Part shown: positions 26,701 to 38,845 of the stretch, in pieces
Numbering within the stretch: the stretch's first letter is position 1
Layout of the letters: each line of letters begins with the position of its first letter
DNA from: Mizuhopecten yessoensis
Lineage: Eukaryota
NCBI RefSeq assembly: GCF_002113885.1
Contig: NW_018404492.1
Location: 5,540,181-5,596,796 of the forward strand
Length of the DNA stretch: 56,616 nucleotides
Direction of reading: 5' to 3'
The notes under the pieces: generated by a model
What the model was told of the DNA's origin: nothing
The model's input: the letters and a program-made list of their open reading frames with translations, nothing else
The model's database searches: none
Position numbers and translations under genes: made by a program

Positions 26701-29700
26701 GTCAGTAATGAAGGCTGGGGTAGCTGTGAGGGGTACTGGGATGTTGATGTGGTGAGCCCACTAGGGAGCCCCCACCCTAACCTATGTCAGTAATGAAGGC
26801 TGGGGTAGCTGTGTGGGGTACTGGGATGTTGATGTGGTGNNNNNNNNNNNNNNNNNNNNNNNNNNNNNNNNNNNNNNNNNNNNNNNNNNNNNNNNNNNNN
26901 NNNNNNNNNNNNNNNNNNNNNNNNNNNNNNNNNNNNNNNNNNNNNNNNNNNNNNNNNNNNNNNNNNNNNNNNNNNNNNNNNNNNNNNNNNNNNNNNNNNN
27001 NNNNNNNNNNNNNNNNNNNNNNNNNNNNNNNNNNNNNNNNNNNNNNNNNNNNNNNNNNNNNNNNNNNNNNNNNNNNNNNNNNNNNNNNNNNNNNNNNNNN
27101 NNNNNNNNNNNNNNNNNNNNNNNNNNNNNNNNNNNNNNNNNNNNNNNNNNNNNNNNNNNNNNNNNNNNNNNNNNNNNNNNNNNNNNNNNNNNNNNNNNNN
27201 NNNNNNNNNNNNNNNNNNNNNNNNNNNNNNNNNNNNNNNNNNNNNNNNNNNNNNNNNNNNNNNNNNNNNNNNNNNNNNNNNNNNNNNNNNNNNNNNNNNN
27301 NNNNNNNNNNNNNNNNNNNNNNNNNNNNNNNNNNNNNNNGATGTTGATATGGTGAGCCCACTAGGGAGCCCCCACCCTTACCTATGTCAGTAATGAAGGC
27401 TGGGTTGGCTGTGAGGGGTACTGAGATGTTGATATGGTGAGCCCACTAGGGAGCCCCCACCCTTACCTATGTCAGTAATGAAGGCTGGGTTTGCTGTGAG
27501 GGGTACTGGGATGTTGATATGGTGAGCCCACTAGGGAGCCCCCAACCATACCTATGTCAGTAATGAAGGCTGGGGTAGCTGTGAGGGGTACTGGGATGTT
27601 GATGTGGTGAGCCCACTAGGGAGTCCCCACCCTTACCTATGTCAGTAATGAAGGCTGGGGTAGCCGTGAGAGGTACTGGGATGTTGATGTGGGTCTTCTC
27701 TGTGTGTAGACACATTTCTTGGTGCTTCACAAATGATGTCACAGCTGTACCCTGACTTGGCTTTCGTCGACATTCCTCAGATATCTGCTCCTCATTCTGA
27801 AGTGTTACTGAAAACTGAAAATTACAGACAGATATTGCAGAACTGAAGGCACAGGACATTATTATATATAATGCCAAACCTAACAAACAATTCTGTTAGT
27901 AGAATGTTTTACCCAATTAATTTTGTACTTTTTTTTCTTTGGTCAATTTTCGATTAAGATATACAATATAGCAATCAATACAACTCAAGGAACATATAAT
28001 TGTAAATCAGACAAGGCAGTTCATTATCAAATATACTGTTCATACTACACTCCATATTGTTTCCAATAAAGCATCAATACACTTAAAAATATTCAAATCA
28101 TGACAAGCAGATGAAGCTGATCGTACCTGAACACAGGAGACCGTCCCATCAGTAAAGTCAAAAGCTCCCACAATATCCTCGCCTAATTTGTAGGCTTGTT
28201 TGAATAAAATGAACTTTGCCACTTTTCCTTTGGCATTAGTTATATTGTATGAATCTGAAAATATATATGGTAGTAAGCTATAGAGTGCAAATCGTGCTTG
28301 ATTTGCTGTGAAACCAGATATTTTGGAGGGGGCCCAAATTTCGTGGTTTCCCAACAAATCACCATTTCGAAGGGGACATGAATTCATGGAGTATGAGTAC
28401 CCTGTCAAATGGGGATTGGCTTTATATCAAACTTGTAATTGATTAGTGATTTCACAGTATCAGGTAATATAACTTAATGTTTTATTATGAGAACTAGGGA
28501 CAATGTGCGTGCTAGTCAACTGCCTCCCCACATATGGCTAGAGGGTTGGAGGGCATACTTACCCTCCTCCACCAGTAAATTATTTTGGGTACCTTTAGTG
28601 TATGAAAAAAAGTGATTTATAGCATCTAGGTTCAACTCTTAATTGATTGAGAGGTCACAATTGTCGAGTGTAGCAGTAATTATCAGTCCTGTGTAAATAT
28701 TCTCAATTCAGGTATTGATATATAGTTGGCTACATATAATACAGATTTCAAGCCTCTGTGAGAGCTCAATGCTTCATCAGCATGCTAATTTTAGTACACA
28801 TCTAACAATATTACCTATATAATAATTATATAATTAAAACTATGCTAGTAGTAGTATGTCTGTAGTAGATTGTGATCATCTTTGAGGATCTATAGGTGGT
28901 GGGATTTGTGATCACACTTGATCTGAGAACTCCAATGAGGAGAACATTTGTACTTCCAACCTTGTAATGCACTATTTTTAGAAAATAGTGTTATTATTCT
29001 GCACTAGTATTTTTAGAATTATGACACTATTATTCTGCACTAATGTGTTTGACTATTTTTAGAATGGTGACGTTATTTTTGTCTGCCCTACAAACTTACG
29101 TGGAGACTTTCTGGCAGTTATAGTAGCCAGAACCTGCAGCGCAATATCTAGAAGTGAGTTCTCTGTCTGTTGTGGCTTCAGGAAAGGGTTGGACGGAGTT
29201 ACTTCTTCACCCTCTGTGTACACACTGATGTCATTCAGCCCTGTGATATACAAAAGACCCATACTCAGCTACAAATGTAGGTACAAACATCTATTATGGT
29301 TGCAAAACCAACTGCCATCTTACTATTACATAAATTTAAGTTTCTGTGATGAACTTATTACAGGCAGGTGGTACAACATGTATTTGTATACAAGTGGAAA
29401 TATCAAACAGGTGATATTGTATATATATGTACCAGGAAACTTTCAACCAGTCAAACTTGTGTCCTAAATTTCTGTGTGCACCAAGTGTTTATTTTGCCCT
29501 TAATCCTTTCACCACTGTAGACCATAATGGACTCATCCAGATCAATGCATGGTAGAGTCTACTAAAGTTACATAGGATTGAAAGGGCTAACTTTTGATTA
29601 CTATGTTTAATATATTGTTTACTGGTGTTCGGTCTAAGGATAGATTGACCCTAATCAAAAAAGATGAAAGGTAAGCTGCGTTAAAACTTTCCCAGTATAT

Positions 29701-32700
29701 AGCAGTTTAAACAGGTGAATTCTAAAACAAGTACAGGTATTACATCATCTTGGTTTACTAATTACCATGAAGCACAAGGACTCTGAAAGGAATTCGCAGC
29801 AGCTTGGTTGGGTGGTCAAACTTCTGGGTACCAATGGTCAGCTTATATGAGTATTTAACAGCTTGACCCCTATAAGAGGGAGGGGCATCTGAAGGAATTG
29901 TGTCCTCGAAAGTATCTGTGAATAAAAAATAAGTCATCTCCCAGAACTTGATCAATGGTACATTTACTCCAGGTGAATATTAACAAATTTCTGACAATTT
30001 CATGCTTTACAACTTTTCCAGCATTACCAATGAAACAGTGTGAACTTTCATGGGTTATTTTACTTTGCATTACAGCTCAATATTCATTCACAAATTACAC
30101 ATGTCCTAAATGTAGTTATCTTTGTAACATTGATTTTTTGTTTATATCGTCACATGACTACACCTTCTCTGCATTGATGGGAGATATATTGTCATTCAGT
30201 TAACTTGCTGAATGTAAATGAAGTGGTCTCTGACAGCAGTAGTCTCCAGGTGTGTTTTTTTGTATATATTTAATCATCATAACAAAATGACATCATTGGC
30301 AGATTATCATGGCACAGTACACAACATCGTCGGATATCCACGGTTGATTTCGCTTCGGCACTCACTACTCATCAGTGAGTGCCGAAGCGAAATCAACCGT
30401 GGATATCTGACGATGAGTACACAAACACAATTGATTTTCATTTACATCTGTTTGTTAATGGACTTCTTTAGAAAGATATGAAATATTTTCCCTGCATATT
30501 CAACTACTACTATCTTTAAACTATGAAATATCACTGAAAACTGTCCTTATCTATTTTTATTTGATGTACGTATTACTTACTTGCCAAATGTATAGTCCAG
30601 CATCCAGTGTACATGTTTGGCCAAAATGACCACAAATTATCTTGGTGCAAAATGACAGTAACTTAATATCTTCAAAGAATCGTTAGTTTATATGTACATT
30701 GTTTGTACATAAAGTAACATTTTGATATATATAGACAGTTCATATATGCTTTTAAGCCTTTCACCACTGTTATCCAAAATGGTCTCATCCAGATCAATGC
30801 ATGGTAGAGTCTTACTAAAGTTACGTATGGGTGAAAGGGTTAACTTCAAATTGTATTGAAAACATTGGCAGATTTTCATATGTTATAGAACTTAATTAAT
30901 GGTACTTGTTAATAAAAAGTCAAATGAATTTGATACATATGGTAAACCCATCAAAACAATGGTAAAGTGGGGAAGGGGCATTGGGTTTAGACAGATCATA
31001 CTTACATGATTTTGATTCTCCGGCTGCTAGTCTGAGATCACAAAATAATATCCGAGGCGTTGACGCCAGCACGGTCAATCCCCTCTCACCTGTATAATCA
31101 CAATACATTATAGTCATACAGCTGTTTAATCGGTAGTGATGGATGGATATTGTCAAAGATCTGTCAAGTAATTCTAGAGAAATGACAATTTTTGAACTGC
31201 TTAAAATCCAAGATGGCCACCTTGCAGCCTCTTGTTTTTCCAATCAAAATCTCAAAACAAAACATGCATAACTAAGAACCATGGGGAATCTACACATGAA
31301 AGGACTGGGGACATTAAAGGTCACTTTTCGCCTCATCAGAGATTGTGAATTAGTTGCTATGTTCGTAATCTGGAACAAATGAAGTATATGCAAATACGAA
31401 ATTTAAAATTCATTCGACAACTGGTTTAGGAGAAATGGCATTACAAGGAGAGACAAAAACCCGCAATTTCATAAGAAATCATGTGAATATCGTCTGTTAG
31501 GCGCTATTTGGTTGAAAATAGGCTATTTTAAAGGAAATAAACAAAACACTCTTCATTTTTTGAAAGCCTTAGCAAGCAACAAACAAAAAAATATTTCACA
31601 TGCTAAATCATCGTAATACTAATGTTCATTCGCAGAGAGGATTTTTTGTTTGTCACATGCGGATGCTTGCATTTCTGCATGTTAACTGTCCAAAAACACC
31701 ATATTTTTGCTTGTTCTGCACAGCAACGCAATTTCGTTGCTATGGTAGGGCATCTACGCATGCACATTGGAAAAATCTGCATCAATAATGATAGCCCCAA
31801 TTAACCAATATGATGCTTATAACAGAAATTGGTAAATAATTTCAAGTTAATTTTTTTTTAAATTTATGAGGCCAAAAATGACCCATAACGCCCCAATCCT
31901 TTGAATAAAGATCCAGTAATTCTTAATAAATAAGAATAACAAATTTTAAATGTCAAAATCAAAGATGGCCACCTCACATCTTATAATGATCAGACTCACA
32001 ATGAAAACATGCACAACTAAGGACCAAGGGGAACCTATATATCAAATTTGGCAGCCTGGTAGCCATGTTGTTCTTCTGATCAGCCTCAAAATGAAACAAT
32101 GCACAAATATGAACCAAACAAAAATCATCTATGAAAATCTCAGAATAAGCCTTCCAATACTTCTTGAGGAATAGCAATAATAAGAACTGTTAAAGGACTG
32201 ATGGATGTCAGACAAAAGACCAACAACACAGATTCAATAGCCCAATATTTACTGATGGTGTGCTAGTTAAAAAGATGTGAAACAAAATGATGATTGTCAC
32301 CTTTGCTTGGTACGAAGGAGGTATCACAGCCCGTGGTGGATACCTCTTCGGTGGACATCCGCTCCGACCGTATCAGATGGACCCTGGTCTCGCTGACCGA
32401 GCATTGACAGTGGATCTGGACACTGGCCCATGCCAAACACTCACTCCCATTTCTATAAATAAACCATAACACAGAAGACTTCTTTAAAATCTTTATATCT
32501 ATGATTGTTTTAGTACATGTGATGTATACAGATGTATATGTATGCAGTAAAATAAATTTCAATACATGGAACTGTCAAGTTTTATTAAAGTAGAACTGAA
32601 ATTACTACATTGTAGATATGATAGACTGTCTCAGAAGGAAAAATTCAAGTGTCATCATTTTGTTTCACGAATTGGATTCTATTTATTTTCGGCTATAACA

Positions 32701-33046
32701 TGGTTTTATCTCTTTTGTTATACTGTTCACCTCCATCAAAATATTCCTTTCAGTTTAGAATTTGAAAAGCACCATAAAAATTATATAAATTATTTCATAT
32801 AGCTTTTAATCACCATAGAAACTTTTTTCATTTCTTTTCTATGTACACAACTTTCAAATTCTATTTTTTTCTTTAACTAAAAGTATTAACTGTTACACTG
32901 AGGCTGAAATACGTAGATGTGTGTACAGCAAAGACTTACTGTGTTTCTTCATGAGCTGCTACATTTGTGAAGGTTATGACACATTTGACAATCTCTCCAG
33001 CTAAGTAGACCGACCCCCGGGGTAAAATGGCAGACACCTCAATCAT
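23736..33046 (-). CDS. RGP1: RAB6A-GEF complex partner protein 2 (RGP1 homolog), 8 coding exons, 387 aa
   Basis: Minus-strand exons 33046-32940, 32452-32301, 31089-31006, 29915-29766, 29240-29100, 28254-28127, 27814-27637 and 23959-23736 join in frame (1164 nt). Recognisable RGP1 blocks: MIEVSAILPRGSVYLAGE, LAWASVQIHCQ, STPRILFCDLRL, PPSYRGQAVKYSYKLTIG, CLRWRLHFEFVTS, WDLPIKIFP. Confidence 0.96.
24061..27692 (-). repeat. 85-bp tandem satellite filling RGP1 intron 7, derived from exon 7 end + donor site
   Basis: Period 85 (gaaggctggg at 24841, 24926, 25011). The minus-strand unit is ~55 nt of exon (HINIPVPLTATPAFITDI) + AG|GTAAGG + ~30 nt of intron. The core is homogeneous and the distal copies are degenerate. 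It includes the N gap at 26840-27339. Confidence 0.97.
26840..27339. other. Assembly gap (500 N)
   Basis: Run of N inside the satellite, so the true array length is unknown. Confidence 1.
29500..29590. mobile_element. ~90-bp piggyBac-like miniature element, copy 2
   Basis: Near-identical to 22722-22811. Confidence 0.8.
30325..30415. mobile_element. 91-bp hairpin MITE with 9-bp TSD (Mutator-like)
   Basis: 42-bp arms (one G:T mismatch) around a 7-nt loop, CA...TG ends, flanked by agtacacaa on both sides (30316-30324, 30416-30424). Confidence 0.9.
30752..30843. mobile_element. ~90-bp piggyBac-like miniature element, copy 3
   Basis: Similar to 22722-22811; ends gggtgaaagggTTAA. Confidence 0.8.
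31301..31900. mobile_element. Nested MITEs in RGP1 intron 2
   Basis: Inner imperfect TIR ttaaaggtcacttttcgcctcat / atgaggccaaaaatgacccataa (31314-31888) lies inside an outer inverted pair, aggactgggg / ccccaatcct. Confidence 0.55.
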
Positions 33047-33680
33047 TGTTCTGTCTTCTACTCCATTTTACTTCTAGCTTTTCTGCAAAATGAGAGAAAA
33101 ATTCAAATACTATGCCAACCATTTACATTTTATACCGTATAAGAAATAAACCAGCTGTTATTCAATTTGACCTTCACTAGGAAAATCCACATTTGCCACA
33201 TTGGCTGAACCTGAAATAAAACGCCAGGCACTGATCGGGACCAAGGCTCACCTCTGTAAAACTTGGCATAAGCATATACTGGTAGGAGGGTCCAGTTTTG
33301 CCTGGCAAAACTAAAATATTAACTATTGCTAGTATTTTTAATTATCACATAAAACAAGGTCAATTCTGTGTCACATATTATGATATATAATTTTGAAAAT
33401 GCTATAAAGTTTAGTATACAGTTGAAAGAAGCAGAGACACTGCTTGGTTTATTGTTTCTATTTGACAGAAAACAGTATGTGTTCCTATCTGCCTGCTAGG
33501 TGGTCCCAAATGCCTTTGTTTATCACAGAATATTTCTGTGTCACATATGGACTGTATCAACTTGGATATGTAAAAGCAGCTGATAAACATTCTAAAAATG
33601 CAAAATAATGTATCTATCCGTGTCTTTCCTGCAATGTTGCATTGTCCCCATAATCTTGGACAAGTTGTAGATCTGATAGT

Positions 33681-34190
33681 TATAATAATAATAACTTTAT
33701 TTAAAGAGTATCACTCTTAAGGATCATACCTATCTTCCAAAAGGTCCTCTACATACGTACATATATATATAACAATGTAGTCAGACTCAGAAAAACATCA
33801 ACAGGTATACATGCACAATATAACAATACTATAGAATATCAAATATTTATAACAAAATCTCAAGAAAGTATTTCTTATAAAAAGGGAAATATTAACAGCA
33901 ATATTTACGTATATATTAACTTTTTAAAAGTTTCAGAGTCTTTGATAATTTTATTTCTGCAGGTAGTGTGTCCCATATCATTACTCTCGAATATTGGAAT
34001 TGGAATAGTTCGGAGTGGGGACGACATATATTTTTATATATAATATAAATATATTATTTGCAGTTGATGATTGAGAATTGTGTTCATGATGGGTCGTTTG
34101 ACAAAACTCGAACATCCTTGTGAGATAGTTTGGAGTGAGGTTATTTAATGTTTTATATATTATTTTGGTGTAACAGGCATAATGTCAAGT
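33681..34190 (-). mobile_element. 3' fragment of a CR1/L2-like LINE
   Basis: Minus strand LNNLTPNYLTRMFE ... VMIWDTLPAEIKLSKTLKLFKK, followed by AATAAA and an (ATT)n tail near 33685-33700. Confidence 0.65.
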
Positions 34191-35573
34191 TCTTGGAACA
34201 TTTCCTTAGAAGAATCAAGAATAACATGAGCAATGCATTTTTGTGTTCATGTGGGTTTTTTTGTTTCTTACATTTTAGTATATTAGTGAAGCCGATTTTA
34301 ATTGTGGGTTCCTTCTTTGATCCCCCTGGGGAAGAACACTATTCTCTTTCCTGTTACAAATGGTGTCTGTAGCGGCTGTCACTAGAATAGTGTCACTGTG
34401 TGGCAGGTTTTAATGCTATGTTTCTATGCAACACCTGTTTCTGCGCCCTGAACTTTTGTGAATTGCTGCAAAAACCTCCTAAGATTGTTATGTCATACAT
34501 GATTTAGTAGTGAAAGTAAACACTTAATCTATATGGGCGGATTGGTCGAGTGGTTAACACTTCGTAGTACAACAGTCCTCCGTCGTTACAATATGACGAT
34601 TTAATGTATGTTTGTGTGGATAAATATTGTAAATAATACAAAATTCCTTTAAATAAACAAGTAAACAGGTAAACAATGCACCTGTCAAACACTAACAGGC
34701 GAAGGTTTTCATCAAACTGCCAGAAGCAATGTTACAGTTATTTATCAAATTATGTATTTAATCCGTATGGAACGAAGAGCATATACAGATGCATTTTCGA
34801 CAAGTCACGACATATGAATTCATAAAGGGTACATGGATTTATCATTGCCTTGTTTACACTTACAAATCAACAACAATATGAGATATCAACAGCTGTCGTG
34901 TTTCCTTTCCGAAGACTTTTTGTGATACAGATGACAAAACGCAAATCAGACCTAGAGGATCACTGTAAAATTAGAATGAACGGCTGAAATTATTTCCGGA
35001 ATAAATAGCTTTTATAACAAGACGTAAAGCCCCGACAATCAATAAGTCAAGCAATCGATATGGGATCCATCACTCGTACAAAAATCAAATAATTTCGAGA
35101 ACATCTGAACATTTTGTTTTCTTCTTATTTCAAGGGATCAAATAATTTTAATTGACTAAACCTGCGCTGAGGCAAATGGATATTGCAGGTTTAGTAAGAT
35201 TGGCTGAGCCAGATTAAAGCAAAGTATGTCTTATGACATTATATAGTGGCAGTGACACTAAACTCTACAATAATGGGTTTTTTTTATACCACGATTAAAT
35301 CAGCTTTCAATTAGACTGTATAGCTATAGTGCATCCATTTATACTGGTGGACCCCCACTTTACAGGTATTAAAATAAAATATCTTGGAATGTACGTTATT
35401 TTCTTCACAATCAATATAAGAATAAAGATGTCACGAGTCTTTTAAGCAGTCAGAACATTTTGAGACAACACTGCTTTGTAACGAAGTGGCCTAGGGATGG
35501 AACCCCTATGGCGGAAGTATTTTTTGTGTGAAAAGTGGGGTATATGTTTCACGCATAACATTTTCCATCATAG

Positions 35574-35826
35574 CATCCTCGATATCCAGGGGTTACGCTC
35601 ACTTTCGCTCTCTGTACCCCTGGAATATGCCATAGCAAAATTGAATACTCAGTGTGCCCCACCTTGCTGATGAGACAAAAAGACTAGTTCGATCCTTTGA
35701 TGTACATCAAAGGATCGAACTAGTCTTTTTGTCTCATCAGCAAGGTGGGGCACACTGAGTCTTCAATTTTGCTATGACATATATTCCAGGGGTGTAGAGA
35801 GCGAAAGTAAGCGTAAACCCTGGATG
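35574..35826. mobile_element. Spacerless palindromic (foldback) element
   Basis: Perfect 57-bp arms at 35647-35703 and 35704-35760, centred on TGTACA and extended by imperfect arms to ~250 bp. It shares termini (catcctcgatatccaggggttacgc) with 36202-36719. Confidence 0.9.
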
Positions 35827-36201
35827 AACAAGAAACTCCAATTCAGAACAAGAACTGTTGGAGAACAGCAATGTTTGCCTATTCAAAAACATAGATAAGT
35901 CCAAACAGTAAAGCTACACACACAAAATACACGGATTCCGCTTAATTGCTTTTTATTTTCCAATTTGCCTGTTCCTGCTTCGACCATCAACAATTTACTT
36001 GAAAATCACAGAAAAATACAAAGAGGCCCTAGGGTCCTTAAGATGTTCACCTGATTTTCCTTTCATACATGAAAATGTTGTACATATATCATTATCTCTT
36101 GAAAATCTTTTGGTTCTAATAGGAATTCATTAAAGTATTTTAATAAATTATACCTCTTAAAACTTTAAAATGATTTTCGTAAACTCACACTCTATGTCAG
36201 C

Positions 36202-36719
36202 CATCCTCGATACTCCAGGGGTTACGCTCTCTACACCCCTAAAACACAGGTACTAGCCTCGTTTGCCAATACACCTATGCTATAATCAAGGTTGCTAACT
36301 TCGACCCCCTAGTAAAATGACCCAGTTCCAGAAAATATGCGATTTTGTCATAACCGTTCATAGTATAACGCCGGGAGCAGTTTAGATCGACAGGAAAATT
36401 AGCAACCTTGATTATATTATAGGTGTATTGACAGGCGAGGCTAGTACATGTGCCTGGAAATGTCACAGCAAAATTGAAGGCACGTGGCTAGCTGTTTGAT
36501 TGGTGTCAGGTAAAATATCCTGACCAATCACTAGGCTGATGTTTGTTTTTTGAAGATTACAGAGAAGGACGTCCGACTTTAAAGCCAGAACGTTTTACCG
36601 TTACCGTTAGTCTTCTCGTCTCGTCCACAATGCGCTGCACACTGAGTCTTCGATTTTGCTATGACATATTCCAGGGGTGCAGAGAGCGAAAGTGGGCGTA
36701 ACCCTTGATATCGAGGATG
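36202..36719. mobile_element. Long-TIR MITE with 9-bp TSD containing a nested TIR element (36245-36452)
   Basis: catcctcgata...tatcgaggatg is flanked by tatgtcagc / tatgccagc. Inner element cacaggtactagcctcg...cgaggctagtacatgtg. Confidence 0.8.
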
Positions 36720-36971
36720 TATGCCAGCAAGCTACACATTCATGGTTATAAATGACTTTGACCCCTACACGAATATAGGCCAAGGCTACCTTCTAAGGCA
36801 ACTATTAAGCTGCAAGCAAACTGTCATTACACTAGACATTTTGGTTATCCAGAAGAAGTCGTTTGAGGTTATTGACCAATTTTGCGGCATTGGCTCTAAG
36901 ATTTCAGGTCGTTTGTTTGGTCAAATTCGTAGCCTTCCGGTCAATCATCACGATGCCAGAACTTTTGGATC

Positions 36972-37059
36972 CAATCGGGAATCGTCGGCACTTTCCGTAT
37001 ACGAGAAAATAACGAGAAGTATTTTCTCGTTTACGGAAAGTGCCGACGGTTCCCGATTG
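36972..37059. mobile_element. 88-bp hairpin MITE with 10-bp TSD
   Basis: 40-bp arms around an 8-nt loop, CA...TG ends, flanked by cttttggatc at 36962-36971 and 37060-37069. Confidence 0.9.
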
Positions 37060-38661
37060 CTTTTGGATCCTCAGAAGTCATTTGAGTTTATTAATAAATT
37101 TGATTCCAGTGACATAGAGTATGGATCAGCATAATCTCCATCTACAAACTGAGGCACGCATTGTCAGGAAACTTGAAACTTGAAATACTTGATCTTGACT
37201 TTTCGGTTTTTCAGTAGAATTCGCATGAGTGATTTAACAATGTTGGTCCATATGTGAATTGAATATTGTTCATGGTCATTTCCCCTTCAATTTGTAGCAC
37301 TTGATATCGATGAGCTACAGACCAAAACATTTCATGATTCTAGATTTTTTGCTTTTCAGTGGTCTGTTTTGACCTCTGACCTTGACAATCTGTAAAGATA
37401 GTTTCTTTTCCCAAACTTTGCAGCACTCCATGGCAGTGAGCTACAGACCAAATACCATCGCTTTAAACCTTTCAGTTGTTCATGGAAGTTGTTTAACAAA
37501 TTCGAATTCGACCCCAGTGCCGACCTTGAATATAGGTCAAGCTTTTTTATTTATTTATATATATATATTTGCAAACCAGCCCATCATGACTGCAAGCAGC
37601 TTTTACAATGTATATATACGACTCTAGACATTTTCGATTTTCAGTAGAAGTCCTTTTAAGTGTTTTAACAAATTTGACCCATATTGACCTTTAATACAAG
37701 TCAGTGCTATTTTTATCGCACTCTTTGTAGCACTGCCTGTCAGATATATTTTAACGTACCCATGCAGCGACTGAAAGTCTAACAATATCAATATTAATAG
37801 TAGTTGCGTGCCCCTGTGTTCAGAAAGCTACATGTAGTATTGCACGACTAGATCTTTTGCTTCAGCAAAATAGTAAGTGTTTCAACAAATTTGATTCATC
37901 TCCGACCTTGAATTATAAGCAAAGATATTTTTATCGCAAATTTGTAGCACCTACAGCCAGCAATTTACAGACCAAATATAACGACTTTAGATACTTTCTT
38001 TTATCTCAGGAGAGGTCGTATGAGAGTATTTTTCTTGTGCCCTTGAATATAGGCCAAGGTATTTTTTTCCCCAAAAACTTATAGTGTTTATTGCCAGCAA
38101 GTTACTGGCCGAATGTCATCACTCCAGGCGCATTTCCAGTCTCCGGAAGGAGACATCGGAGTGTATTAAAGTGCAAATAGTTCACAATGCCCCCTAACGG
38201 CCCTGTTTTAGTTTACGTACAGATTTTGTTTTTCTTTACAATCTTTGTGGAGCATGTAACTATGATCGAGTGCCATAATGTAAGTAACGAATATCATAAA
38301 AAAGAAAACTACCGATTTGTAGAAGCTTCCGGCATTAGGTGTCCCAAAATATACCCTTTCGCCCCTTAAAAACCTATAACCCCTTTCCGTTGCAAATCTT
38401 ATTCCAAAATCACCATAGGAATACTTCCTAAAAAATTTGGCTGAAATCTGTCATGTGGTGATTGAGAAGAAACCAGGGAAAACCATTTGCATCTTGATTG
38501 TACGGGAGGTGAAACTGCAATCACATTTTAAAGCGACCTACTCAATTCATCGGCCACAGACAACAATGGACCACAATTTTATTGTCCGTCGTGCTATATG
38601 TATGAAAACTCACTGTTAACTCACCGTTGTCGACGGCATACCATTAGTCTACGACTACTAT

Positions 38662-38845
38662 TCGTGTACCATATTTCACTACGTCCTGTTGATGATCCCT
38701 CAGTCGTGTACCAAATTTCTCTACGTCCTGTTGATGTTCCCTCAGTCGTGTACCATATTTCACTACGTCCTTTTGATGATCCCTCAGTCGTGTACCAAAT
38801 TTCACTACGTCCTTTTGATGATCCCTCAGTCGTGTACCAAATTTC
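38662..38845. repeat. 42-bp minisatellite, ~4.4 copies
   Basis: tcgtgtacc recurs at 38662, 38704, 38746, 38788 and 38830. Confidence 0.95.

Noticed and set aside
26777-27361. Three long ORFs of X residues
   Set aside because: Artefacts of the 500-N gap.
24061-27692. Possible CRISPR-like array
   Set aside because: The units are contiguous identical repeats with no unique spacers, in a eukaryotic intron with no cas genes.
35668-35700. CTGATGAG inside the long palindrome as a hammerhead core
   Set aside because: No stem II and no downstream GAAA core.
36721-37134. 137-aa plus-strand ORF
   Set aside because: It runs through degenerate repeat sequence and the 88-bp hairpin MITE, with no recognisable protein features.
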